A DNA stretch of 63,167 nucleotides from Ktedonobacterales bacterium (GCA_015478575.1 JADMIN010000001.1:1-63167); one strand, 5' to 3'; positions 51,479-60,460 are shown, counted from the first letter of the stretch. Numbers and translations: made by a program. Notes: a model not told the origin generated them from the letters alone.

Positions 51479-52644
51479 GATACCGCCTCCCCATCATCCG
51501 CGAGCATGGCGGTGCGCAGCCGCTCCAGCGCGTGCGCCTCCACCTGCCGGATGCGCTCACGGGAGACGTTGAAGCGGTTGCCGATGTCGAGCAGCGTTTG
51601 CGGCACACCGCCGTCGAGGCCGTAGCGCAGCGTCAGCACCAGCAATTCGCGGTCGCTCAATAGCGACGCGAGCCAGCCGCGCAAGCGGTCCCATTCCACC
51701 GCCGCCAGCGCCGTCGCCTCCACGTCTACCGACGGGTCCGCGATCAACTCCAGGTACGACGGCTCACTGCCCCTGCCGCCGGCGTGCTGATGGTCCTCCG
51801 GGCTGCCACCGCCGCCGAGCTTGTGCGCCTGCCCGCGCGGCGTGATCTGTGAGAAGTGCAGCGTCGGCTCACCGAGCGCCTCGCCGTTGCCGGTCTCGCG
51901 CTGCATGCGCCGCACGGTGCGCAGATCGTCCACGCGTGCGCCCGCGTCCAGCAGGTCATCGTCGGTGGGTTCGTGTCCGTCGTGCAGCGCGAGGTAGGCG
52001 AGCCGCACGCGTTCCACCCGCCGCAGCTTGTCGCGCAGGTGGATTGGCACCCGCAGCGCGTCACTCATGTTGTCGAACTCGCGCCCGATGCGCTGGCGTA
52101 TCCACAGCGTCGCGTAGGTGGAGAAGGTAAAGCCCATCTCCGGCTGGTAGAGGTCTATCGCGTGCCACAGCCCTTCCGCGCCGGCGCTCATCAGGTCGAG
52201 GATGTCCAGCGCCGCCCGCTGGAAGCGGCGATTGGCCGAGGCCAGCGCGATCACCAGCCGCAAATTGTGGTTGAACAGCGCGTGCTTCGCCGTGACGCAG
52301 CAACCGCACGCCCGTGGGGGCGTCGCGTCACCCGCGCGAACCTGCCGCGCAATCGCCAGCTCCTGCTCACGTGAGAGTAGCGGGTAGCGTTGCACGTCGG
52401 CCACGAACAGGCTGAGCAGGTCGAGGCTGCCGGTGCCGCCGTGCCCGGTGTGGCCTTGCAGCGGCTTCATGTCGCGCTGCCCCGTGCTCCCCGCGCCGCG
52501 TTCGCCGTCAACGCCGAAGTGTACGCTCAGCCGGTGGGGACGTGGCGCGGCGGGCGCGGGCGCGTCGCTACTATCGTCGTCATCCACGTCCGCCAGGAAG
52601 TCATCGTCCTCGTCATGGTCCTCGTGCAAATGTGCCGCTGCCAT
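51475..52644 (-). CDS. phage-encoded RpoD-like sigma-70 family factor
   Basis: Regions 1.2 to 4: YPLLSREQELAIA, NLRLVI, FSTYATLWIRQRI, RVPIHL, LLDIGNRFNVSRERIRQVEAHALERLR. Acidic N-terminus. Confidence 0.9.
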   Translation of the reverse strand: MAAAHLHEDHDEDDDFLADVDDDDSSDAPAPAAPRPHRLSVHFGVDGERGAGSTGQRDMKPLQGHTGHGGTGSLDLLSLFVADVQRYPLLSREQELAIARQVRAGDATPPRACGCCVTAKHALFNHNLRLVIALASANRRFQRAALDILDLMSAGAEGLWHAIDLYQPEMGFTFSTYATLWIRQRIGREFDNMSDALRVPIHLRDKLRRVERVRLAYLALHDGHEPTDDDLLDAGARVDDLRTVRRMQRETGNGEALGEPTLHFSQITPRGQAHKLGGGGSPEDHQHAGGRGSEPSYLELIADPSVDVEATALAAVEWDRLRGWLASLLSDRELLVLTLRYGLDGGVPQTLLDIGNRFNVSRERIRQVEAHALERLRTAMLADDGEAVS

Positions 52645-52667
52645 CGTTCCCGTCTCCCTTGCTGCCG

Positions 52668-52907
52668 CTATTGCCGTGGTCCCTCAATCTCAACATGCAC
52701 GCGCAACACGTCGCCCGGTTCCACAAGGGTGAGCGCCTTTTCCAATGCCGCCAGCGTTGCCGTCTTGACGCCTAACTCGCTCTGATCCTCATCCCGATAG
52801 GCGACGCGATAGGCCGGTGTCTCATCGTCTCGCTGTTCCACCGGCCGCTCTAAGCGCCACAACCGTCGTGCGACAACCGCATCGTGCAACTCATACCGCT
52901 TTGCCAT
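52668..52907 (-). CDS. hypothetical small protein
   Basis: Internal ATG (MAKRYEL) after GAGGGAGA. Confidence 0.5.
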   Translation of the reverse strand: MAKRYELHDAVVARRLWRLERPVEQRDDETPAYRVAYRDEDQSELGVKTATLAALEKALTLVEPGDVLRVHVEIEGPRQ

Positions 52908-53130
52908 CTGCCGTCTCCCTCTGCCGCTCCGTCTCTGGCACCCACTCCGCGTCATAGTGATAGTTGAGGTCGGACAGTGTGTTATGCGCCTCAACCGCGC
53001 AGAACGCCATCATCGGAGCGCCCATCGCCACAAGCCCGCGTTTCCGTTCCGGCACATGCTCAGCCCGATTGCACTCCTGGCCGCAGGTGGCACATCGCAC
53101 GATGTACGTCCATAGTTGCTCGTCTGCCAT
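52891..53130 (-). CDS. zinc-ribbon small protein
   Basis: Internal ATG (MADEQLW) after GAGGGAGA. CATCGQEC motif. Confidence 0.5.
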   Translation of the reverse strand: MADEQLWTYIVRCATCGQECNRAEHVPERKRGLVAMGAPMMAFCAVEAHNTLSDLNYHYDAEWVPETERQRETADGKAV

Positions 53131-53166
53131 GCTTGTCTCCCTCGCTGTCTCACGCATCCAACACCG

Positions 53167-54327
53167 CTATGCCGTCATATCGTTGCCATCCGCCGCGCGC
53201 ATCACCGGAACAGCCGGGGCGCGCCCGTGCTCACGCAGCCAGCGCATACCATCGCTACACGCGCCAAGGCAGCCGCACCAGCCGCAGAGCGGCCCCACAC
53301 GCGCGGGAAAGTCGCCGCTCGCGCACGCCTGCTCGATCTGCCCCGCCACGCTCGCCACGTGCCGCGCGTACATGCGCACCTGCTCACTCGTGCGGGTCGT
53401 GGGCCGCGCGTCCGGCACACACGCGTAGCCCTCACCGTCCGGCGTCGCCACCACCGGCAGGGTGATGAACGTCACCCGCGACGCCGGCGCGTCCAGCGTC
53501 TCGCGTACCTGTTCAGCGAGCAGATAGGCACACGCCTGTTCTTTGCCGTGCTCATCGCCCGCGTTCCACGGCTTGCCGAGCACCTTCCAGTCCACGATGG
53601 TGCCGGGTCCGCCGTCCGGCCGCGTCACGGCGTCTATCCTGCCGGTGAAACGCCAGCCGGTGGCAGCGCCGTCCTCCACGTCATCCGGCAGTGGGAAGTC
53701 GAACGGCGTTTCCACCGCTAGCGGCTGATACCGCGCCTGCACGTGCTCCACGTAGGCGTGCAGCGCCGCCATGCCTTTGCGTTTGAGCTGGAACCGCTGC
53801 TCGTCGGCAATCAGCCCGGTCGGATCGTCATGGGCGAGCCGGGTGTCCAGCGCCTGTGTGAACGTGTGGATGAGTTGTGGATAACTGAGGCGTTTCTGTG
53901 TGGTTATCCACGCCGTGCCGTCCGCCTCGATGGCCTGATGCACCGCGTCCCCCAGGCAGAGCGCGGCAACGGGCGCTTGCGGCACGCGGTCAATCTTGGT
54001 GAGCTTCCAGCGCCTGGGACACTGCGTAAACTGTTCGATCTGGCTGTGCGAGATGCTGTGTTTGGGCTGTGTTGGCACGGGCTGTCTCCTCTCCTCAGTG
54101 GTTGTGGTCATTGTCGCTGTGGCTGGTGTGGCGATTGGTAGCGCCGGACGCGCCGCTAGCGCCTGGATGCCGCGCCGGATATCGTCAGTGCTGGCTCGCG
54201 TCGTGTAGCGCCCCCACGCGTCCGCGCCGGCCATGACCGCCAGATGTGGCGCGAGCGCGAGAAGCGGGTAGCCGTTGGCGGCGGCCCGGGCGGCGAGGCG
54301 GGCGCGGTGGGTGTTGGGCGCGGTCAT
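53167..54327 (-). CDS. PD-(D/E)XK Cas4/RecB-like exonuclease with a Cys cluster
   Basis: QCPRRWKL near the start of the core, RIDAV..IVDWK, C-terminal CGWCGCLGAC. ATGA coupling to the DnaB stop. Confidence 0.8.
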   Translation of the reverse strand: MTAPNTHRARLAARAAANGYPLLALAPHLAVMAGADAWGRYTTRASTDDIRRGIQALAARPALPIATPATATMTTTTEERRQPVPTQPKHSISHSQIEQFTQCPRRWKLTKIDRVPQAPVAALCLGDAVHQAIEADGTAWITTQKRLSYPQLIHTFTQALDTRLAHDDPTGLIADEQRFQLKRKGMAALHAYVEHVQARYQPLAVETPFDFPLPDDVEDGAATGWRFTGRIDAVTRPDGGPGTIVDWKVLGKPWNAGDEHGKEQACAYLLAEQVRETLDAPASRVTFITLPVVATPDGEGYACVPDARPTTRTSEQVRMYARHVASVAGQIEQACASGDFPARVGPLCGWCGCLGACSDGMRWLREHGRAPAVPVMRAADGNDMTA

Positions 54328-55823
54328 TCAGCACGCTCCCGCCACCATTGCTCGCGGCCTGTGGTATCCGGCGTGTCAGGTGTTGGTGGCTCGTCTGTCG
54401 TGTAGCGCCGCTCCAGCGCCAGATAGCGCGTGCGCGGACCGTCGAAGTACAACTGCACCTGCCCGGTGGGGCCGTTGCGATGCTTGGCTAGTATCAGGTC
54501 CGCGATGTGCTTGCGCTCGGTATCGGGGTTGTACACCTCCTCACGGTGGATGAACAGCACCACGTCGGCGTCCTGCTCCAGACTACCGCTTTCACGCAGG
54601 TCGCTAAGTTGCGGGCGCTTGTCGGCGCGGTTCTCGACCGCACGGGAGAGTTGGGAGAGCGCGATGAGGGGCACGTTCATCTCACGCGCAAGGTTTTTCA
54701 ATCCACGTGAGATAGCCGAGACCTCTTGCACGCGATTCTCCGGCCTGCCGCTGGTGATATCCCCTCCACCGCTGGTCACACCTGCCATGATTTGCAGATA
54801 GTCCACCACGACCAGGTCAACGGCGTGTTCCAGGCGCTGCCGCTTGACGCGCCGCCGAATGTCCGCGACGGAGAGGCCGGGGGTATCCTCGATGTAGAGC
54901 GGCAAACCGGACAGCCGCGCCATCGCGTCCATCGCCTGATGCCAGTCGTCATCGTCCAGGTGTCCCGTGCGCAGCGCCATCAGGTCAATCCCACTCTCCA
55001 TCGCCACCAGCCGCTCAATCAACTCGTCCTCGCTCATTTCCAGCGAGTAGAACGCGACGCCGTGCCCTTCCTTCGCCGCGGTCAGCGCGAGGCAGAGCGC
55101 CATGCCGGACTTGCCCACGGCGGGTCGCGCCGCGAGCAGGATCAAGTTGCCGCCGCGCCAGCCACTCGTCGTGCGGTCCAACTCGCCGTAGCCGCTAGGG
55201 ATGCCCACCAGTCCCGCACCGTGCGTGTTCCGCTCCTGCAACGCCTCTAAGCGGTCGGCATAGGCTGAGAGCGCATCACCCACGCTGCGACTGCTCTGGC
55301 GCGTGCCGGTGTGCCGCTCGGTGATACCCGCAACGATGTGTTCCGCTTGAACCAATGCCTCATCGCTGTCTGGCTCATTGTAGGCGATGCCGGCGATCTG
55401 CCCCGCGCCGTGAATGAGTGAGCGCAGCGTCGCCTTGTGCTCCACGATGCGAGCATAGTACACAGCGTGGCGACTCGTCGGCACCTGATTGGCAAGGCTG
55501 CTGACGTAACTCACGCCGCCTACCTCATCCAGTTTGCCGCGCCGCCGCAACTCGTCCGCCAGCGTGATGAGGTCTGACGGCTCACCCGCATTGTGCAGGT
55601 CCACTATCGCATGATAGATGTCGCGGTTCGTATTGCGGTAGAAGTCATCAGGACGCAGCACCTCTACCACGTCCGCTATCACGTCGCCGTCAATGAGGAT
55701 GCTGCCCAGGACCGCCGTTTCCGCGTCCACGTCCTGCGGCAGTAACTTCTCATACGGTTGCGTATCCGGTTGTCGCCTGCCGCCATTGCCGGTGTCTCGT
55801 CCCGGCACCGCACGTAGCGCCAT
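54324..55823 (-). CDS. dnaB: replicative DNA helicase DnaB
   Basis: LPQDVDAETAVLGSIL, Walker A AARPAVGKSG, VVVDYLQ, SQLSR. ATG at 55823 after GAGGAGAG. Confidence 0.95.
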   Translation of the reverse strand: MALRAVPGRDTGNGGRRQPDTQPYEKLLPQDVDAETAVLGSILIDGDVIADVVEVLRPDDFYRNTNRDIYHAIVDLHNAGEPSDLITLADELRRRGKLDEVGGVSYVSSLANQVPTSRHAVYYARIVEHKATLRSLIHGAGQIAGIAYNEPDSDEALVQAEHIVAGITERHTGTRQSSRSVGDALSAYADRLEALQERNTHGAGLVGIPSGYGELDRTTSGWRGGNLILLAARPAVGKSGMALCLALTAAKEGHGVAFYSLEMSEDELIERLVAMESGIDLMALRTGHLDDDDWHQAMDAMARLSGLPLYIEDTPGLSVADIRRRVKRQRLEHAVDLVVVDYLQIMAGVTSGGGDITSGRPENRVQEVSAISRGLKNLAREMNVPLIALSQLSRAVENRADKRPQLSDLRESGSLEQDADVVLFIHREEVYNPDTERKHIADLILAKHRNGPTGQVQLYFDGPRTRYLALERRYTTDEPPTPDTPDTTGREQWWRERAE

Positions 55824-55852
55824 CGTCGTCTCTCCTCTATCCGCTCCGCCCA

Positions 55853-56806
55853 CTACCGTTTGCGTAGGTTCACGCCATCCACTTCCACCACGTCGCAGCA
55901 CTCAATCAGGCGTTCCAGGATACGTGCGCCGATGCGCTCACCAAGCGCCTTGAGGCCGTAGTTGGTCGTGAGGCAGATCGGCATCTCGCGCTCGTACCGC
56001 TCGTTGACGACGCTGAACAAGCGTTCCTGCACCCACTCGTTTTGCTGCTCCACGCCAATGTCATCCAGCGCCAGAAGCTTCACCTGCTTGGCGCGGGCGA
56101 GCGAGTGCGCGTAGGAGCCGTCGGCGTAGCCGCCACGGAGCGTGTCGAAGAAGTCGGTGGAGGTGGTAAACCAGAGCGGCGCGATGTCCGCGCCGTTGTA
56201 GATGGGGTAGGACCGCGATGGACGCGGCGTGTACTGCGGCACGTAGTGTGTCACCAGTTCACGCAAGGCGGCGATGAGCAGGCCCGTCTTGCCGGTGCCG
56301 AACACGCCTTTGAGGATCAACCCGCGCGTGCCGTCCCACGCCTGGGTAAACCCGCGCAACGCCGCCACCGCCGCCGCCGTCTCAGTGGTCATGGGGTACG
56401 TGTCGAAGGTCTGCGCCAGCCGCCGCGTCGGCACGCCGCCGCGCACCAGGTACTCGCGCACCGTCTCCGCGCGGTGCGCCGCTTCCTCCACACGGAAGCG
56501 TGCGCGCCCCTGCTCACACTGTGAGCAAGGCACCAGGAACGGCCCTTGCGCGAGCCGCCCCGTGTCCTGGCAGTCATAGCAGGTGCCGGTGTAGGCGGCG
56601 CGTGCAGCATCCGCATGCGCCTTGCGTTCACTCATGTGCGCCTGAATCGCGGTAATGCGAGAGGCAAGCGCGGGATTACTGTGAGATGGGCGATGGTTGT
56701 TGTTGTTTGCCGGGTCGCTTGACGTAGCGGGCGTACTCACCGTCGTCATGCGCGTCAGGTTGTGCGGGCTGGTAGGGTTGCCGTCGTGCTGCTGCTGATG
56801 TGCCAT
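55853..56806 (-). CDS. DnaC/IstB-like helicase loader ATPase with an N-terminal zinc finger
   Basis: Walker A GVFGTGKTG, Walker B LLALDDIG, CYDCQDTG..CSQC. ATG at 56806 lies 7 nt after GAGGAGA. Third-position GC favours this frame in the overlap. Confidence 0.8.
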   Translation of the reverse strand: MAHQQQHDGNPTSPHNLTRMTTVSTPATSSDPANNNNHRPSHSNPALASRITAIQAHMSERKAHADAARAAYTGTCYDCQDTGRLAQGPFLVPCSQCEQGRARFRVEEAAHRAETVREYLVRGGVPTRRLAQTFDTYPMTTETAAAVAALRGFTQAWDGTRGLILKGVFGTGKTGLLIAALRELVTHYVPQYTPRPSRSYPIYNGADIAPLWFTTSTDFFDTLRGGYADGSYAHSLARAKQVKLLALDDIGVEQQNEWVQERLFSVVNERYEREMPICLTTNYGLKALGERIGARILERLIECCDVVEVDGVNLRKR

Positions 56807-57797
56807 TGCTGACGTCTCCTCTGCGTTGCTGCTGTGTCGTATGCTCAACGTCGCGCCGGAACGCTTCCAGGTCGCCGCTGTGTGCCACGAAGGTCTTAGC
56901 GACGGACTTGAGTGAGAGAAACTTCCCCTGCCAGTAGGGTTCGCGCTTGATGAGCCGATACCACGCCATGACTTCATCCACAGACACCGGCTGGCCGTCA
57001 CGTGCGGTAGAGAACCAGTGCAGGCCGTCACGTTCTTGCCCCTCGGCGGGGTGCTTCTTGAGGTGCATCTCAGCACATAGCGCCTTGATGCCTTGAGCGA
57101 CGTAGGCTTGTTCTTCGCCCGTATACCTGCGGGAGCGTGTGGCAGTGGATTTCTTTGACGGGGGTGCCGCAACCGGCTCTGCCGGTGCGGGTGATGCGTG
57201 AGCATCACTCTCTATCTGTTTAGAGACTTTATTTCTCTCTTTATTTATAAGGTGCTCAATTTTTGCGCTAGTTTGCGTCTCAACTAGCGCATTTTTTGAC
57301 ACAACTAGCGCATTTTCTGCGCTAGTTTGCGTCTCAACTAGCGCATTTTTTGCGCTAGCCCCCTCGTCTTCAACTAGCGCAGTTTTTGCGCTAGTTGATA
57401 CAGTGCATCGCGCAGGCAGTGTCCAGGCGGTGATGGGGAGCAGATGGTACGCACGGACCTGGGTACGCCCGCGCTCGCCCGCGTCTGAGGCGATGATGTG
57501 CGCTGCCTCTAGCTCCTGTAGTCCCCTCATCACGGTGTTACGTGAGAGGTTGAGGGTGTCACCGAGCTGCTTGTAGGATAGACGAATGCTCTCCCGGTGA
57601 TAGCCAAGGGTGTTGCGCACGATGTAACTGAGGCAGTAGTACGCCGTGGGACTGATGACACCCAGGAGGTCATCATAGTAGGCGTTGTCTGCCTGTGTGA
57701 AGCCACGCATCGGCAGGCGTCGCACGTTATCCGGCGCGTCGTGCGACACGTCTGCTGGGGCGGTACTGGCGGTGTACGTGCCTCGATCCTCTGCCAT
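56676..57797 (-). CDS. replication initiator / replisome organiser (winged-HTH)
   Basis: YKQLGDTLNLSRNTVMRGLQELEAAHII. Contains an internal iteron array. ATG at 57797 after GGGAG; alternative start at 57842. Confidence 0.65.
   Translation of the reverse strand: MAEDRGTYTASTAPADVSHDAPDNVRRLPMRGFTQADNAYYDDLLGVISPTAYYCLSYIVRNTLGYHRESIRLSYKQLGDTLNLSRNTVMRGLQELEAAHIIASDAGERGRTQVRAYHLLPITAWTLPARCTVSTSAKTALVEDEGASAKNALVETQTSAENALVVSKNALVETQTSAKIEHLINKERNKVSKQIESDAHASPAPAEPVAAPPSKKSTATRSRRYTGEEQAYVAQGIKALCAEMHLKKHPAEGQERDGLHWFSTARDGQPVSVDEVMAWYRLIKREPYWQGKFLSLKSVAKTFVAHSGDLEAFRRDVEHTTQQQRRGDVSNGTSAAARRQPYQPAQPDAHDDGEYARYVKRPGKQQQPSPISQ
57264..57396. repeat. iteron array, candidate origin of replication
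   Basis: AACTAGCGCA x4 (57282, 57303, 57336, 57372) and the inverted copy TGCGCTAGTT x3 (57264, 57318, 57387). A/T-rich. A 32-bp direct repeat occurs at 57264-57295 and 57318-57349. Confidence 0.6.
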
Positions 57798-58164
57798 GCG
57801 CCGCTCCCATATCTGTGCTGTCGCTGTCGCTGTCGCTGTCATTGAATAGGGGTATCGTTGTTCCACGTCGAGGAAACTTTCTAGCCCGCCGTCAGTAGTA
57901 CCGCTGCGACGCACCGCGCCGCTGTGGTATACTGGTGGTGTGCGGTTGACTGCGTTGACTGATCTGCGACTGATCTGCGCTCCACGGTTCGTTGCCATCG
58001 TCCCGTTGCCTCTCAGTTGCCGGTCACTGTTCCGTTTCACTTTCATTCGCATCCCGTCTCACTCACGCGCATTCGCGCACGCCGCCCGGCTCACCCGCGT
58101 AGTCGTCTCCGCGGGTCGTCCGGGCGGTTCCCCTTTTCCTGCCTCCCACCGCGTGTCTGCATGG

Positions 58165-59220
58165 TCATGCTGTCCAGCCCCTTGCCTCAGCGTCATGGGC
58201 CGCCACCATCGCGGCCAGGATCGGAAAACATTGTTGTGGGACCACTGCGTTGCCGAGCGCCTTCAGCCGTGCCGCTCGGTTCGGGACCGTGCCCGTGACG
58301 GTGCGCGGCGCTTCCCAGGGCGCTTGCGGCTGTCCGGGTCCGGTGGGCCAGGGATGGCGGGGGCATCCAGCGCCGTCCAGCCTTCCGGGAAACCCATCAG
58401 CGACTCGACCCATTCGGGGTTGAGCTTGCCGGGAGTCGCGTTGCCCTGATTGACCTCGGCAGAGAGATACAGTCCGTGTATCCCGGCTTCCTGCGACGGC
58501 GTGCGTTTTGTCTGTCGTGCCTCGTTCGGTGATGCCCGCGGTGTCGGCCACGTCGCTATCGCTGAAAGGTGCGGGCGTCCGCGGCTGTCCCTGGCATTCG
58601 GCCCACTGTGATGTCCGTCCGTGCTCATCGGCGTGGGCCACACCTTCACCGCTTCGCGCAGTTGGAAGTCCTTTCCTAGAGCTATCCGCTTCGTGGAAGC
58701 GCCGCCTGTACCGTCCATTGTCATCGGCGTGGGCCACGACAAAGCAGCGTTCGCGGAGGTGCGGCGCACCCGCGGCAGCAGCCGGAAGTACAAACGCCCG
58801 GCTTTCGTACCCCGCGGTGTCCAGGTCAGCGAGTACACGGTCGAGTGCCATGCCGACGAAGCCAGCAACGTTCTCGACAAGTACCCAACCTGGCTCGTAG
58901 ATTTGCACAATACGCAGCATCTCCGGCCAGAGGTAACGGTCATCTGCCGCGCCCCCGCGCTTGCCGGCGACACTGAAGGGCTGGCAGGGGATGCCTCCTG
59001 CCACAACATCAACGCGTCCAAAGTCGTGCTCCCACACCTTGCGTATGTCGCCTACGCGCTTCACGTCCGGCCAGTGCTTCGCCAGCACACGGCGGCAATA
59101 CGGGTCAATCTCCACCTGGCCGACGATCTGCATGCCCGCCCATTCGGCGGCTAAATCAATGCCGCCGATTCCAGAGCAGAGCGACAGGAATCGCAGCGGC
59201 CTGGTGTCTGCCATCTTCAC
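58165..59220 (-). CDS. dcm: DNA (cytosine-5)-methyltransferase; central target-recognition domain apparently out of frame
   Basis: Frame A carries FLSLCSGIGG, GGIPCQPFS, LVENV, APHLRERCFVV and a C-terminal RLKALGNAVVPQQ. The conserved WPTP repeats and GFPEGWT lie in the overlapping ORF 58263..59021. Confidence 0.8.
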   Translation of the reverse strand: MKMADTRPLRFLSLCSGIGGIDLAAEWAGMQIVGQVEIDPYCRRVLAKHWPDVKRVGDIRKVWEHDFGRVDVVAGGIPCQPFSVAGKRGGAADDRYLWPEMLRIVQIYEPGWVLVENVAGFVGMALDRVLADLDTAGYESRAFVLPAAAAGAPHLRERCFVVAHADDNGRYRRRFHEADSSRKGLPTARSGEGVAHADEHGRTSQWAECQGQPRTPAPFSDSDVADTAGITERGTTDKTHAVAGSRDTRTVSLCRGQSGQRDSRQAQPRMGRVADGFPGRLDGAGCPRHPWPTGPGQPQAPWEAPRTVTGTVPNRAARLKALGNAVVPQQCFPILAAMVAAHDAEARGWTA

Positions 59221-59474
59221 TACCCCACCTTGCCGCGCTCATTCAGCCGCCGCGTGTACTCCTGGTGCGGAATGAACACGCCGCGCTGTGTCGCCCGCGC
59301 CGCTCGCTGCATGCAGCGTTTGCAGCGCCCGTCCCGCCCGTATACGCCGTCGCGCCAGTCGAGCGCGTGCTGGCACTGCTCACACGTGGCTGCCGTGGGC
59401 GTGGCAGGCGCTTCCGCTGCCACTGGCGCTGCGTCCGTCTCCGCCACCGCTACCGCTACCGTGTCGGTCGTCAT
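59220..59474 (-). CDS. zinc-ribbon small protein
   Basis: ATG (MTTDTVAV) overlaps the upstream TGA. CEQC..CKRC. Confidence 0.5.
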   Translation of the reverse strand: MTTDTVAVAVAETDAAPVAAEAPATPTAATCEQCQHALDWRDGVYGRDGRCKRCMQRAARATQRGVFIPHQEYTRRLNERGKVG

Positions 59475-60460
59475 GCGATACTCCATAGAACTGGCTGTAT
59501 CTCAGCCGCTATCCGCTCCTCGGCCAGTGCGATGTAGGCCGCGTTCAACTCAATGCCGAGATAGTGCCGGTTGTGCCGGCGTGCTACCACGCCGGTTGTT
59601 CCAGCTCCGAAGAATGGGTCCAGTACCAGATCGCCGGGACGGGAGCCAGCGAGGATGCAGCGCCCAGCCAGTGCTTCGGGCATGGTCGCGGAATGCTCGC
59701 TGCATTGTTGCGGTGGAATCGTCCAGACTGTGTTGAGGCTGCGGATCACGCTCTCATCGCAGTAGTAGCGGGCACGCTTGGCAAACAGGAACACATACTC
59801 GTGCGCCTTCATTGGCCGGTCGCGTGTCGGGTCCGGCATCGCGCCGTGTTTGTGCCATACCACGTCGGAGCGCAGCCACCAGCCATCGGCTTGCAGCGCG
59901 AAGGCGACGAGCCACGGCACGCCGAAGAGTTGTTTATTCTGGTAGCCGGTGCCGTTCGTGTGCCGCTGCTTGCCGCCCTCATCGCGCCGTGTGCCACCTG
60001 TGCCCTTATGATTGCTGTAGCCCGCGCCGGCGTAGCTATCGCCCAGATTAAGCCAGAGTGTGCCGTCATCTGTCAGCACGCGCTGAACCTCCTCGAAGAT
60101 CGCCACCATCCGGTCCACATACGCCGCCGGCGCCGCCTCCAGGCCAAGTTGCGCATCCTGCCGGATCGCACCGCAGTTGACGCAGTGGCCGCCAACATAC
60201 TTTGGACGCCAGTGGCCGGCTGCGACGTTCTTCCGGCGTCCGTTCGGTCCTGGCACCTCACAGGCCCACGGCGTGCGTTCGGCGTCCATAATCACATGTG
60301 AGCAGGACGCCTTACCACCGACCCATACCGCCGTCCCGTAGTCACGTTGCGCGTAATAGGGCGGCGACGTTACGCAGCACTGCACGCTCCGTGATGGCAA
60401 CTTGCGCAGCACCGAGAGCGCATCACCGTGCAGGATGGTGTCGCAACGCATGTCCGCCAT
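59471..60460 (-). CDS. beta-class DNA methyltransferase, SPPY motif (N4-cytosine type likely)
   Basis: VTSPPYYAQRDY (motif IV) lies before VLDPFFGAGTTG (motif I). ATG at 60460 after GGAGAGG. Confidence 0.85.
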   Translation of the reverse strand: MADMRCDTILHGDALSVLRKLPSRSVQCCVTSPPYYAQRDYGTAVWVGGKASCSHVIMDAERTPWACEVPGPNGRRKNVAAGHWRPKYVGGHCVNCGAIRQDAQLGLEAAPAAYVDRMVAIFEEVQRVLTDDGTLWLNLGDSYAGAGYSNHKGTGGTRRDEGGKQRHTNGTGYQNKQLFGVPWLVAFALQADGWWLRSDVVWHKHGAMPDPTRDRPMKAHEYVFLFAKRARYYCDESVIRSLNTVWTIPPQQCSEHSATMPEALAGRCILAGSRPGDLVLDPFFGAGTTGVVARRHNRHYLGIELNAAYIALAEERIAAEIQPVLWSIA

